The position numbers and the translations under genes are program-made. 34,851 nucleotides of DNA from Eubacteriales bacterium (lineage in GTDB: Bacteria; Bacillota; Clostridia; Oscillospirales; CAG-272): the NCBI GenBank assembly GCA_045616925.1, contig JAZLHQ010000199.1, positions 1 through 34,851 of the forward strand. The letters run 5' to 3'. Positions 1 through 8,369 of this stretch are shown piece by piece; positions within the stretch are counted from its first letter, which is position 1; every line of letters starts with the position of its first letter. The notes below the pieces were generated by a model. It did no database searches. It was not told the DNA's origin and worked only from the letters and a program-made list of their open reading frames with translations.

Positions 1-178
1 CGCTGTAATAATCGAGCGATTTGCGGACGTTTTCCTCTTCCTCGGGCGTCAGAAGGTCCGCACCGTCGTCAAGCCGCGGGGACGACGACGTGCCGGCCGT
101 TTTCATGCATCCCGTGAAGAGCAGGGAAAGGATCAGAAGCAATACGGCGATCGCCGAGGTCAAGCGTAATCTTTTCAT
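1..178 (-). CDS. Lipoprotein, N-terminal part only (gene runs off the left edge); opening resembles a TPM/YgcG-type domain
   Basis: Too short for the ORF track. A reverse-strand ATG at 176-178 follows a GAGGTG that overlaps the TGA of the upstream gene. The translation MKRLRLTSAIAVLLLILSLLFTGCMKTAGTSSSPRLDDGADLLTPEEEENVRKSLDYYS has a signal peptide with lipobox LFTGC. It is followed by the D-x-A-x-LL-x-x-EE opening typical of TPM domains. Confidence 0.55.
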   Translation of the reverse strand, partial: MKRLRLTSAIAVLLLILSLLFTGCMKTAGTSSSPRLDDGADLLTPEEEENVRKSLDYYS

Positions 179-187
179 CGCGTCACC

Positions 188-1276
188 TCACAGAATGCCG
201 AGCAGGCGGAAGACGACGAATGCTGCCGCGCTGACCGCCGCGAAGATCCCGAAGAACCATTTTGCGTACGCCTTCTTGTCGAGCGGGAGATCGCCGACGA
301 ATTTTCCGGTCTGCCCGTTCATCGCGAAGGTGAATTTCTGATTGTTCCAGGTCGTGTTGAGGATCCAGACCGGATACAGCGCGTAGCGCGTTTTTCCGTT
401 TCTGAAACGCACCGAGCCGCCCTCCGGCGTGACCGTTGCGAATCCTTTGACGGTATTCGAAAAGATCTGCTCAGTCGATTTTTTGATGCGCTCGTTCGCG
501 CGCTCGATGCTTTCTTCGGCGCTGACGTCGTAGCGATCGGCAAGATAGCCCGAAAGGTACGCCGTTCCGAAATCGACCGCCTCACTGAAATCGTAGGGCT
601 CGATGGATTCCATCAGATCGTCCGCCATTTTGGTGGAGCCGTCCACGGGGACGTGCGTAAAACCCACCGATCCCGAGCGGATCGCGGACCAGAACTGCGT
701 TTCGGTGTAAATGTAATTGGAATCGCTCCACGTACGCACGCGCGTCGCGCGGTAGCGCAGATCGGCGTCCGTGTCGGCGTCGAAGAGCCAGAAGGGAACG
801 TAGAGTCCCTTGATCTCGTCGATGTGCGCTTCGCTCTTGAATACCTTGGGCAGAAGCCGCTTTCCTTCGAGATGCTCGGCGAATTTTTGCTTCGCCGCCT
901 CTTTGTCGAGTTTGAACGGAATGACGAAGTCGGGCCGCAGATCGCCCGTGAACTGACCCATCAGAACGATCGGGTTGTCGCAGTACGGGCATCTCGTCGA
1001 AGCGAGGGTGTCGTCGCCGATGATCTCGCCGCCGCAGGATTTGCAGATCCAGACGCGCATATTTTCCTGCTCGCCTTCACTCCACTCGCCGCCCGCGGGC
1101 GTTTCCCACTGCATTTCGTCCTTGCCGTCGGCGCTGAGCGCGTCGTCGTAGGAGAGAAGCGTTTCAACGTCGAATTCCGTGTCGCAGTAGGGGCACTTCA
1201 TCTTCTGCAGATTGCTGTCGAAGGTGATGCCTCCGCCGCAGCAGGGACACTTATATTCCTGAATATTGTCCGCCAA
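188..1276 (-). CDS. Double zinc-ribbon protein with a C-terminal transmembrane anchor (YdjG-like, TFIIB-type zinc-ribbon family)
   Basis: 362-aa ORF. It has two CxxC...CxxC ribbons (CPCCGG..CPYC and CKSCGG..CPYC), a central soluble domain and a hydrophobic C-terminal helix (WFFGIFAAVSAAAFVVFRLLGIL). It lies directly downstream of an SPFH gene on the same strand. Confidence 0.8.
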   Translation of the reverse strand: MADNIQEYKCPCCGGGITFDSNLQKMKCPYCDTEFDVETLLSYDDALSADGKDEMQWETPAGGEWSEGEQENMRVWICKSCGGEIIGDDTLASTRCPYCDNPIVLMGQFTGDLRPDFVIPFKLDKEAAKQKFAEHLEGKRLLPKVFKSEAHIDEIKGLYVPFWLFDADTDADLRYRATRVRTWSDSNYIYTETQFWSAIRSGSVGFTHVPVDGSTKMADDLMESIEPYDFSEAVDFGTAYLSGYLADRYDVSAEESIERANERIKKSTEQIFSNTVKGFATVTPEGGSVRFRNGKTRYALYPVWILNTTWNNQKFTFAMNGQTGKFVGDLPLDKKAYAKWFFGIFAAVSAAAFVVFRLLGIL

Positions 1277-1320
1277 AAGGATCCGTACCCCCTTTCTGCT
1301 TTGCGTCGGGATTTTTGTCT

Positions 1321-2721
1321 TTATCTGATGTCTTTATCGTCGAAAATATCGCCGCATTCGGGGCAGAATCTCGGAGGATTCTTGGGATCGGCGGGCTCCC
1401 AGCCGCACTTGTCGCATCTGTAAAGCGGTGCGCTCTCGGGCTTTTTGGAGCCGCAGTTCGGGCAGAATCTGCCTTTGTTGACGGAGCCGCAGGAGCAGGT
1501 CCAGCCGTCCGCGTCAGCGGGCTTTTTGGCGCCGCATTCGGGGCAGAAGTTGCCGGTGACGGTATTGCCGCAGGAGCATTTCCAGGAGCCTGCGACCTTC
1601 GTTTCGGGCTTTTTGGAGCCGCAGTTCGGGCAGAAGTTGCCGGTGACCGTATTGCCGCAGGAGCATTTCCAGCCGTTTGCGGAAGCGCCTGCCGGAGCGG
1701 CGTTCTGCTGTTGCTGCTGACCCATCGCGAAGAGGCTCTGCGCGTTGTTGCCGCCCGCGTTCATGGCCATTCCCATGCCCATGAAGCCGGTCATCGCGCC
1801 CGCGGAGTTGGAGGCTGCCGCCTTCATCGCGTCTGCCTGTGCGCCGACGAGGTTTGCCGCCGCCATCGTGGGATCCTTGTACATCGCGGTCTTCTGCGCC
1901 GTCTTGATGAGTTCCTGATCCTCTTCGGGCAGGGTGACGGAGCCGAGCGCGACGGAAACGACCTTCAGACCGCGCAGCTCGCCCCACTTCTTCGAGAGGG
2001 CTTCGTTCATGGCGTCTTCCAGTTCGGTGTTGTGCGCGATGATCTGGTTCGGACGGATCTCAAGGTCGGAGAGCTTCGCGAAAGCGGGCTGCAGCGCGCT
2101 GATGAACTCGGTCTTCAGCTGCGTTTCGATCTCTTCGCGCTTGTATTCGTCGGAGACGTTGCCGCAGACATTCGTGTAGAACAGGATCGGGTCTGCGATC
2201 TTGTAGGAGTAGACGCCGTTGCAGCGCAGGGAGACGTCGATATCAAGTCCGAGGCGGGAGTCGACGACGCGGAAGGGGATCGGGTTGGCGGTGCCGAACT
2301 TGTTGTCGATCAGTTCCTTCAGGTTGAAGTAGTAAACGCGCTGACCCTTGCCGGTGTCGCCGCCGTAAGAGATACGCTTACCGATGGTCTTGAAGGTTTC
2401 GAGAATGGATTTGCCGAGTTTGCCGGAGAAGATGCTCGGCTCGGTGGATTTATCCCACGTGAATTCACCCGGCTCGGCGCAAAGCTCGACGACCTTGCCC
2501 TGCTCGACGATGATCATGCACTGACCGTCCGCGACGGCAATGCCGGATCCGTTCGAGATGATGTTGTCGTTGCCCTTCGTGTTGGAAGAGCGGCTCGTGA
2601 TCTTTTTCTGTCCCTTACGCATCAGAACGTTGTTGGGGAGCGCTTCGCAATAGAAGAATTCCTTCCACTGATCCGCAAGAGTTCCGCCGACTGCGCCGGC
2701 AAGTGCTTTGATAAGTCCCAT
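1321..2721 (-). CDS. SPFH/band-7 family protein of the YdjI type (COG4260) with four C-terminal zinc ribbons
   Basis: The start is trimmed to the ATG at 2719-2721 (MGLIKALAGAVGG...), which has GGAGAGGAAG 6 nt upstream. The N-terminal two thirds match the YdjI-like SPFH pattern. After a Q/A/G/M-rich linker, the tail is W[KT]CSCG..(N)..FCP[NE]CG.KKP three times plus a fourth ribbon, YRCDKCG...FCPECG. Confidence 0.85.
   Translation of the reverse strand: MGLIKALAGAVGGTLADQWKEFFYCEALPNNVLMRKGQKKITSRSSNTKGNDNIISNGSGIAVADGQCMIIVEQGKVVELCAEPGEFTWDKSTEPSIFSGKLGKSILETFKTIGKRISYGGDTGKGQRVYYFNLKELIDNKFGTANPIPFRVVDSRLGLDIDVSLRCNGVYSYKIADPILFYTNVCGNVSDEYKREEIETQLKTEFISALQPAFAKLSDLEIRPNQIIAHNTELEDAMNEALSKKWGELRGLKVVSVALGSVTLPEEDQELIKTAQKTAMYKDPTMAAANLVGAQADAMKAAASNSAGAMTGFMGMGMAMNAGGNNAQSLFAMGQQQQQNAAPAGASANGWKCSCGNTVTGNFCPNCGSKKPETKVAGSWKCSCGNTVTGNFCPECGAKKPADADGWTCSCGSVNKGRFCPNCGSKKPESAPLYRCDKCGWEPADPKNPPRFCPECGDIFDDKDIR
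1438..1676 (-). repeat. Tandem in-frame DNA repeats (about 81-87 nt) encoding the zinc-ribbon units of the SPFH protein
   Basis: Three direct copies start with gggctttttgg[a/c]gccgca[g/t]t[c/t]gggcagaa at about 1438, 1519 and 1606. The copies at 1519-1586 and 1606-1673 differ at only a few positions. Confidence 0.8.
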
Positions 2722-2780
2722 AAGTAACTTCCTCTCCGTGCGGCAGAGCCGCACAATTAAATTATATTCATACGCATCAT

Positions 2781-2809
2781 ATTTTATCATAAATCCTGCG
2801 CGATGTCAA
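2781..2809 (-). promoter_or_regulatory. Candidate sigma-A promoter for the SPFH operon
   Basis: Reverse strand reads TTGACA (2809-2804), a 17-nt spacer, then TGaTAAAAT (-10 at 2786-2781). It lies about 60 nt upstream of the start, and the 5'UTR contains a gtgcggc-tct-gccgcac hairpin. Confidence 0.5.
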
Positions 2810-2922
2810 CAGTGCGGAGAGGGAATTACGAAATTCTTTACAATCCGGGCGCCCTTTGCGCGCATATCGGAAAAATTTTGAAAAAAACCTTTCCTGCGGA
2901 AATCTTTTCCGGGTCGCGCATA

Positions 2923-2950
2923 TTGACAAATGAAAATAATGTGGTATAAT
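2923..2950 (+). promoter_or_regulatory. Candidate sigma-A promoter for ald
   Basis: TTGACA at 2923-2928, a 16-nt spacer, then extended -10 TGgTATAAT (TATAAT at 2945-2950). This leaves an 85-nt leader to the ATG at 3037. Confidence 0.5.
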
Positions 2951-3036
2951 GTGTATTGTCCGGGAGTGTTTTGCGGACACAAATTGAAATAACGCGCCGA
3001 AGTGCGCGATTTCCGATACAAAAAGGAGTAATTACA

Positions 3037-4143
3037 ATGAAAGTCGGAACGACGAAGGAACTGAAGAATCACGAGTACAGAGTGGGTCTTACCCCCGATA
3101 ACGTTATGGCGTACGTTGCCGCCGGACACGAGGTGTTCGTCGAGACGGGCGCCGGAGTGGGCGCCGGATTTGCCGACGCCGAATACGCGGCAGCCGGCGC
3201 GAAGATCCTTGCCGGCGCGAAGGAAGTCTTCGACGTCTGCGATATGATCGTCAAGGTCAAGGAGCCCGAAGAGTGCGAATACGGAATGCTGCGGGAGGGT
3301 CAGATCCTCTACACCTATCTGCACCTCGCCGCCAACAAGAAACTCGCCGAGACGCTGATCGAAAAGGGCGTCAAGGCAGTCGCTTTCGAGACGATCACGG
3401 ACGGCATGGGCAATCTGCCCTGCCTGCGCCCGATGAGCCAGATCGCCGGACGTCTGTCCGTGCAGGAGGGCGCGAAATACATTGAACAGTCCTTCGGCGG
3501 ACGCGGCATCCTGCTCGGCGGCGTTCCCGGCGTCGAGAGAGGCAAGATCGTCATCATCGGCGGCGGCGTCGCGGGTACTTACGCTGCGAAGGCTGCGGTC
3601 GGTATCGACGCGCAGGTCACGCTTCTCGACATCAACCCGAACAGACTTGCTTACATCGAGGACATCTTCGGCGCGAGCGTCACGACGCTCTATTCGACCG
3701 AAGCGAACATCCGCAAGGCACTTGCCGAAGCGGACCTCGTCATCGGCTCCGTTCTGATCCCCGGCGGCGCTACGCCGAAGCTCGTCAGACGCGAGCATCT
3801 GAAACTGATGAAGAAGGGCGCCGTGGTCGTCGATATCGCGATCGACCAGGGCGGCTGCTGCGAGTCCTCGCACACGACGACCCATGACGATCCTATTTTC
3901 ATCGAAGAAGGGATCGTCCACTACTGCGTCGGCAATATGCCCGGCGCCGTCCCGCACACGTCGACGGTCGCTCTCGCGAACACGACGATCCGTTACGGTC
4001 TTCTCATCGCGAACAACGGTCTTGAAAAGGCCGTCAAGATGGACGCGGGTCTCAAGAACGGCGTCAACGTTTACAACCACAAGTGCGTCAACAAGAACGT
4101 GGCGACGAGCCTCGGGCTCGCGCTCGGCGAGATCGACGCGTAA
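3037..4143 (+). CDS. ald: Alanine dehydrogenase
   Basis: Start trimmed to MKVGTTKELKNHEYRVGLTP with AAAGGAG 7 nt upstream. The protein is 368 aa with a GGGVAG Rossmann motif and typical Ald conservation throughout. Confidence 0.95.
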   Translation: MKVGTTKELKNHEYRVGLTPDNVMAYVAAGHEVFVETGAGVGAGFADAEYAAAGAKILAGAKEVFDVCDMIVKVKEPEECEYGMLREGQILYTYLHLAANKKLAETLIEKGVKAVAFETITDGMGNLPCLRPMSQIAGRLSVQEGAKYIEQSFGGRGILLGGVPGVERGKIVIIGGGVAGTYAAKAAVGIDAQVTLLDINPNRLAYIEDIFGASVTTLYSTEANIRKALAEADLVIGSVLIPGGATPKLVRREHLKLMKKGAVVVDIAIDQGGCCESSHTTTHDDPIFIEEGIVHYCVGNMPGAVPHTSTVALANTTIRYGLLIANNGLEKAVKMDAGLKNGVNVYNHKCVNKNVATSLGLALGEIDA

Positions 4144-4170
4144 GGCAAGCGACTACCCCTGCAGAGAGAG

Positions 4171-4334
4171 CGCGTTGTTCGTATAAACCCGTAGGGCGGG
4201 GGCTTGCTCCCGCCGTTTCGGATCGCCGAACGGGTCGTCGCGCGCTGCGCTGTCAGCGCCGGCACTTGGCGCCGGTCCCTACGGGTGACCGGATTGTTCG
4301 CACGGACGTCGTAGGGCGGGGGCTTGCTCCCGCC
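4171..4334. repeat. Composite palindromic intergenic repeat, locus 1 (one and a half units)
   Basis: Modules are cgcgttgttcg..(N8)..gtagggcgggggcttgctcccgcc (4171-4214) and gggtcgtcgcgcgctgcgctgtcagcgcc (4232-4260). They are followed by ccctacggg..attgttcgcac..gtagggcgggggcttgctcccgcc (4278-4334). The same modules recur at 6988-7080 and 30295-30380. Confidence 0.75.
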
Positions 4335-4436
4335 GAAAAACGCACGATTATCGAAATATCGGCAAGAAATTTGTCACCAACCGACCGGACGGGCGAAAGC
4401 CCGCCCGGTATGATTATGTTTTCCGGAGTACCACAA

Positions 4437-5459
4437 ATGACGAAAATAGGCATACTCGGCGCGGGAACGTGGGGAAGTGCCCTCGCGGCGACTTTATCCG
4501 GCGCGGGATTCCCCGTAACGCTGTGGTCGGCGCTCGCGACCGAGGTAAATGAACTTAAAAGAACGCGCGTCCATCCGAATCTCCCCGGCGCGGCGATCCC
4601 CGAAGACGTCGCGATCACGGGAGATATCGCGCAAGCGGTCGAAGGGAAGGAACTCGTTCTGTTCGCGGTTCCGTCCGTATATCTGCGCGAAACCGCCGCA
4701 AAAGCGGCTCCGTTTCTCAAAAAAGGGCAGATCCTCGCGGACGCCGCGAAGGGAATCGAACCCGAAACGCTCCTTTTTATGACCGAAGTGATCGGCGACG
4801 CGATAGAGAAAGCGGGAAATCCCGAAAAATTTCCGGTCGTCGCGCTCTCGGGCCCGACGCACGCAGAGGAGGTCGCGGTCGGCTTGCCGACGACGATCAT
4901 CTCGGCGTCGGACGACCTTGACGCCGCGAAATTCGCGCAGTCGCTCTTTGCAAATACCTGCATACGCGCATACACGAATACGGACGTCCGAGGCGTTGAG
5001 CTTTCGGGCGCGCTCAAGAACGTCATCGCGCTCGCCTGCGGCATCTCGACGGGGCTCGGCTTCGGCGATAACGTCAAGGCGGCGATCATTACGCGCGGGA
5101 TCGCGGAGATCGGGCGCCTCGGCGCCGCGCTCGGCTGCCGTCCCGAGACGTTTTCGGGGCTCGCGGGCATCGGCGACCTCATCGTGACAGCGACGAGCCG
5201 TCACAGCCGCAACAACCGCGCGGGCGAAATGATCGGCGCGGGAGCAAAGCCTTCGGACGCCGTCAAGGCGGTCGGAATGGTGGTCGAGGGCGTGAACGCC
5301 CTGCCCGCCGTCATGGAACTCATACGCAGAACGGGCGTCGAAATGCCGATCGTCGAGGCGGTGAACGCCGTCGTGAACGGAGGCAAAGACCCGAAGGAAA
5401 TGGTCACGGTCCTGATGGCGCGCGAAATGAAAGACGAGATCGACGGCTACGCCGTCTGA
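4437..5459 (+). CDS. gpsA: NAD(P)H-dependent glycerol-3-phosphate dehydrogenase
   Basis: Start trimmed to MTKIGILGAGTWGSALA (GxGxxG), with GGAG 8 nt upstream. The protein is 340 aa and carries the GIGDLIVTATSRHSRN signature. The 118-codon upstream extension in the ORF track only reads through the intergenic repeats. Confidence 0.93.
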   Translation: MTKIGILGAGTWGSALAATLSGAGFPVTLWSALATEVNELKRTRVHPNLPGAAIPEDVAITGDIAQAVEGKELVLFAVPSVYLRETAAKAAPFLKKGQILADAAKGIEPETLLFMTEVIGDAIEKAGNPEKFPVVALSGPTHAEEVAVGLPTTIISASDDLDAAKFAQSLFANTCIRAYTNTDVRGVELSGALKNVIALACGISTGLGFGDNVKAAIITRGIAEIGRLGAALGCRPETFSGLAGIGDLIVTATSRHSRNNRAGEMIGAGAKPSDAVKAVGMVVEGVNALPAVMELIRRTGVEMPIVEAVNAVVNGGKDPKEMVTVLMAREMKDEIDGYAV

Positions 5460-5475
5460 CGGAAAGGTAAAACAA

Positions 5476-5991
5476 ATGGAAATAATCGGCAATATCTGCG
5501 GCTGGATCGCCGCGCTCGCGACGATCTTCGTGTTTCTTTCGAAGAAAAGCAAGGGCGTTCTTCTGACGAAGGCGGCAACGGAGGTCTTCTGGGTGCTGCA
5601 CTTCTTCTTTATCGGCGCCTACACGGGCTGCGCGACGAACGGCATCGGCATCTGGCGCGACGTTTCGTACACCTACCTGCGCCCGAAAAACAAAAAGATC
5701 GTGTGGATCATGCCCGCGAACGTGATCCTTCTCTACGCGATCGTGATGATTCTGACGTGGGCGGGGCCGATCAGCCTTCTGCCCATGATCGGCTCGTCGA
5801 TCGACGCGCTCGGCTTCTTCCAGAAGACGAGCAACCGCATCCGCGCGTTCGCGATCCCGAGCTCCATTCTGTGGCTCGTTTACTGCGTTTTCAATGTTTC
5901 GATCCCCGGGATCGTGTGCAACACGCTCGGCATTATTTCGATCGTCGTCGGATTTATCAAAGACGCCAATAATAAGGAGAAAACGGAATGA
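5476..5991 (+). CDS. Small polytopic membrane protein, YgjV-like
   Basis: 171 aa with about five hydrophobic helices. The pattern HFFFIGAYTGCATNGIGIWRD resembles the YgjV inner-membrane family. Its stop overlaps the cysK start (ATGA). Confidence 0.6.
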   Translation: MEIIGNICGWIAALATIFVFLSKKSKGVLLTKAATEVFWVLHFFFIGAYTGCATNGIGIWRDVSYTYLRPKNKKIVWIMPANVILLYAIVMILTWAGPISLLPMIGSSIDALGFFQKTSNRIRAFAIPSSILWLVYCVFNVSIPGIVCNTLGIISIVVGFIKDANNKEKTE

Positions 5992-6917
5992 TTTACGGCT
6001 CTTTTGAAGAATTGATCGGCAAAACGCCGCTTCTCGAACTCAAAAATATCGAAAAAGACCTCGGACTCGAGGCGAAAGTCCTTGCGAAACTCGAATATCT
6101 GAACCCCGCGGGCTCCGCGAAAGACCGCGCCGCGCTCTATATGATCAACGAGGCGGAGAAGAGCGGAAAGCTCAAGAAGGGCGGCGTAATCATCGAGCCG
6201 ACCTCTGGAAACACGGGCATCGGGCTTGCGGCGATCGGTGCCTGCCGCGGCTATCGCGCGATCATCGTCATGCCCGATACGATGTCAATCGAGCGCAGGA
6301 TGCTGATGAGCGCCTACGGCGCCGAGCTCGTTCTTTCCGACGGCAAAAAGGGAATGGCGGGCGCCATTGAGCTCGCGAACGAAATCGCCGCGAAAACGCC
6401 GGGCAGCATGATCGCCGGACAGTTTGAAAATCCCGCGAACGCGAAGGCGCATTTCGAGACGACCGGTCCCGAAATTTATGCCGATACGAACGGCAAAACG
6501 GACGTTTTCGTCGCGGGCGTCGGCACGGGCGGAACGCTCACGGGCGTCGGACGTTTTCTGAAATCGAAGGATCCGAAGATCGAGATCGTCGCGGTCGAGC
6601 CGGAAAATTCCGCCGTTTTGTCGGGCGGATCCGCGGGCGCGCACGGGTTGCAGGGCATCGGCGCGGGATTCGTGCCGTCGCTTCTCGACACGTCGGTTTA
6701 CGACCGCGTCGAAACGGTTTCCGACGAGGAGGCGTACAAAGCGGGCAGGATGCTCGCCCGTCGGGAAGGGATCCTGTGCGGAATCTCGTCGGGCGCCGCT
6801 CTTTCGGCGGCTCTGAAGCTCGCCGCCGATGCGAAGTATAAGGGCAAGAATATCGTCGTTTTATTGCCCGACACGGGCGACCGCTATCTCTCGACGCCCC
6901 TTTTCGCAGAAAATTGA
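5988..6917 (+). CDS. cysK: Cysteine synthase A (O-acetylserine sulfhydrylase)
   Basis: 309 aa. It has the PLP-lysine context NPAGSAKDR, the TSGNTGIGLA loop and GVGTGGTLTG. AAGGAG lies upstream of the start. Confidence 0.93.
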   Translation: MIYGSFEELIGKTPLLELKNIEKDLGLEAKVLAKLEYLNPAGSAKDRAALYMINEAEKSGKLKKGGVIIEPTSGNTGIGLAAIGACRGYRAIIVMPDTMSIERRMLMSAYGAELVLSDGKKGMAGAIELANEIAAKTPGSMIAGQFENPANAKAHFETTGPEIYADTNGKTDVFVAGVGTGGTLTGVGRFLKSKDPKIEIVAVEPENSAVLSGGSAGAHGLQGIGAGFVPSLLDTSVYDRVETVSDEEAYKAGRMLARREGILCGISSGAALSAALKLAADAKYKGKNIVVLLPDTGDRYLSTPLFAEN

Positions 6918-6926
6918 ATTTTATAT

Positions 6927-6960
6927 GCGAAAAACCTCCCGCAATCGGGAGGTTTTTCGC
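6927..6960 (+). terminator. Rho-independent terminator after cysK
   Basis: gcgaaaaacctccc-gcaatc-gggaggtttttcgc forms a perfect GC-rich stem with T-rich 3' flank inside the stem end. Confidence 0.75.
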
Positions 6961-6987
6961 ATATTTGGGCAATTGCGTTGCTTTGGC

Positions 6988-7080
6988 GGGTCGTCGCGCG
7001 CTGCGCTGTCAGCGCCTGACCCCTACGGGATAATCGCGTTGTTCGCACATACCCGTAGGGCGGGCGGCTTGCTCCCGCCG
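6988..7080. repeat. Composite palindromic intergenic repeat, locus 2 (one full unit)
   Basis: Reads gggtcgtcgcgcgctgcgctgtcagcgcc - ccctacggg - cgcgttgttcgcac - cccgtagggcgggcggcttgctcccgcc. ccctacggg can pair with cccgtaggg, and ggcggg..cccgcc forms a second hairpin. An additional cctccctc-accg-gagggagg hairpin follows at 7086-7105. Confidence 0.75.
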
Positions 7081-7120
7081 CCTTGCCTCCCTCACCGGAG
7101 GGAGGAAAACGCGTGCAAAA

Positions 7121-7885
7121 TCACAGATCAAAGAACGCAAGCACCGATTTGGTCGCGGATTCCATACATTTCGGATCCGTGAAGCGGTGATCCGCGTTCG
7201 GTATTTCGACGAATTCGATCGCGTTGTCGTCCGCGAATTGACGCACGTCCTCGGGGTGTACCAGCTCGTCCTTGAGACCCTGAATGATCAGGATCGCGTC
7301 CGCGTGATCGAAAAATTCAGATTTCCGGATGTCGTTTTCCTTGAGTTCGTTAAGATAAGCGGACGTGATCTCGATCTTGCGGTCGAACCCGACGAACGCG
7401 GATTTGCCCTTTTTCAGCTTGTCGAAATCGTCCGCTTTCATCAGATTTTCCGTCGTCGTGCCATACATATAGACGGCGGGGCAGCGCAGAGCGAGTTTTT
7501 CGAACGGACTGCCGAACTTTTCAAGGCAGAGAAGGGCAAGATACCCGCCGAAGCTCGTGCCGTAATAGTAAATTTTCTCGGCGCCGAGCGAGTTTTTCGC
7601 GTAATCCGTGACGATCTTCATATAGGCAAGGCAGTCGTCAAGCGTGAGTTTCTTCTTGACGTCCTGCCCGTGGCACGGAAGGTCGTAAACGACGACGGCG
7701 ACGCCCTTGTATTTGTCGAGCACGCGCTCCGCGAATCTCATCGCGGCGGCGTTTTCTTTGTGCCCCGCAAAGCCGTGCCCGTAGACGACGATCGATTTGA
7801 TTTTCTGCGATTTATCGGCGTAAATGCCGCAGAAGACGTTGTGATCGCCCTCTTTGATCTCGAAATTGCGCATAGAAATTGCCAT
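7121..7885 (-). CDS. Alpha/beta-fold hydrolase (serine hydrolase, specificity unknown)
   Basis: 254 aa with nucleophile elbow GTSFGG, an HG oxyanion motif (YGHGFAGH), and a late D and H (NADHRF). Confidence 0.8.
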   Translation of the reverse strand: MAISMRNFEIKEGDHNVFCGIYADKSQKIKSIVVYGHGFAGHKENAAAMRFAERVLDKYKGVAVVVYDLPCHGQDVKKKLTLDDCLAYMKIVTDYAKNSLGAEKIYYYGTSFGGYLALLCLEKFGSPFEKLALRCPAVYMYGTTTENLMKADDFDKLKKGKSAFVGFDRKIEITSAYLNELKENDIRKSEFFDHADAILIIQGLKDELVHPEDVRQFADDNAIEFVEIPNADHRFTDPKCMESATKSVLAFFDL

Positions 7886-7886
7886 T

Positions 7887-8354
7887 TTACAGAATTTCCT
7901 CCATCGTGTACTGCATGACGTGCATCCCGAGGTGACGGTAGAAGCCGACGGCGTCGGGGTTGCATTCCCACGCGTGCAGGGTGACGTTATGGCAGCCGAT
8001 CTTCTTCGCGTAGTCCTTCGCGTATTCGTAGAGCGCCCGTCCGACGCCCGTTCCGCGCGCCGAGGCGGTGACGCAGAGGTCGTCTATATAAAGATTTTTG
8101 AGCGGGTGGGTCGAGGACGTTTCGGGGCGGTTTTTCACCTGGCAGAAGCAGTGCGCGACGACGCTTGCTTTTTCGTCCTCGTAAACGAAGACGGGGTTTT
8201 CGTCGTCGAGAAGGATCTCCCGAAGCTCCTCTTTCGTATATTTCTGCCCGACGGGCTTGAAAATGTCGGGTCGCCCCGCGTTGTGGACGGCGAGTACTTC
8301 GAGCAGAAGCCCCTCGATTGCTTTGATGTCTTTTATTTCAGCTCTGCGGATCAT
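7887..8354 (-). CDS. GNAT family N-acetyltransferase
   Basis: 155 aa with the acetyl-CoA pocket motif RGTGVGRALYEYAKDYAKKIG and typical GNAT length and topology. Confidence 0.88.
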   Translation of the reverse strand: MIRRAEIKDIKAIEGLLLEVLAVHNAGRPDIFKPVGQKYTKEELREILLDDENPVFVYEDEKASVVAHCFCQVKNRPETSSTHPLKNLYIDDLCVTASARGTGVGRALYEYAKDYAKKIGCHNVTLHAWECNPDAVGFYRHLGMHVMQYTMEEIL

Positions 8355-8369
8355 TTTGTACCTCGTTGT

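Noticed and set aside
21-341. The plus-strand 106-aa ORF at the left edge, and other short ORFs in the track nested inside larger genes.
   Set aside because: They overlap confidently assigned minus-strand genes, are Arg/Ser/Pro-rich as expected for out-of-frame translation of GC-rich DNA, and have no RBS or homology pattern.
4083-4436. A 118-codon N-terminal extension of the gpsA ORF, containing a duplicated VGRGLAPA peptide.
   Set aside because: The extension only translates the intergenic palindromic repeats. The conserved GpsA N-terminus (MTKIGILGAGTWG) starts at 4437 with its own GGAG.
7086-7105. The hairpin cctccctc-accg-gagggagg as a terminator for the convergent cysK or hydrolase genes.
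   Set aside because: It has no U-tract on either strand. cysK already has a good terminator at 6927-6960. It may simply be another module of the intergenic repeat region.
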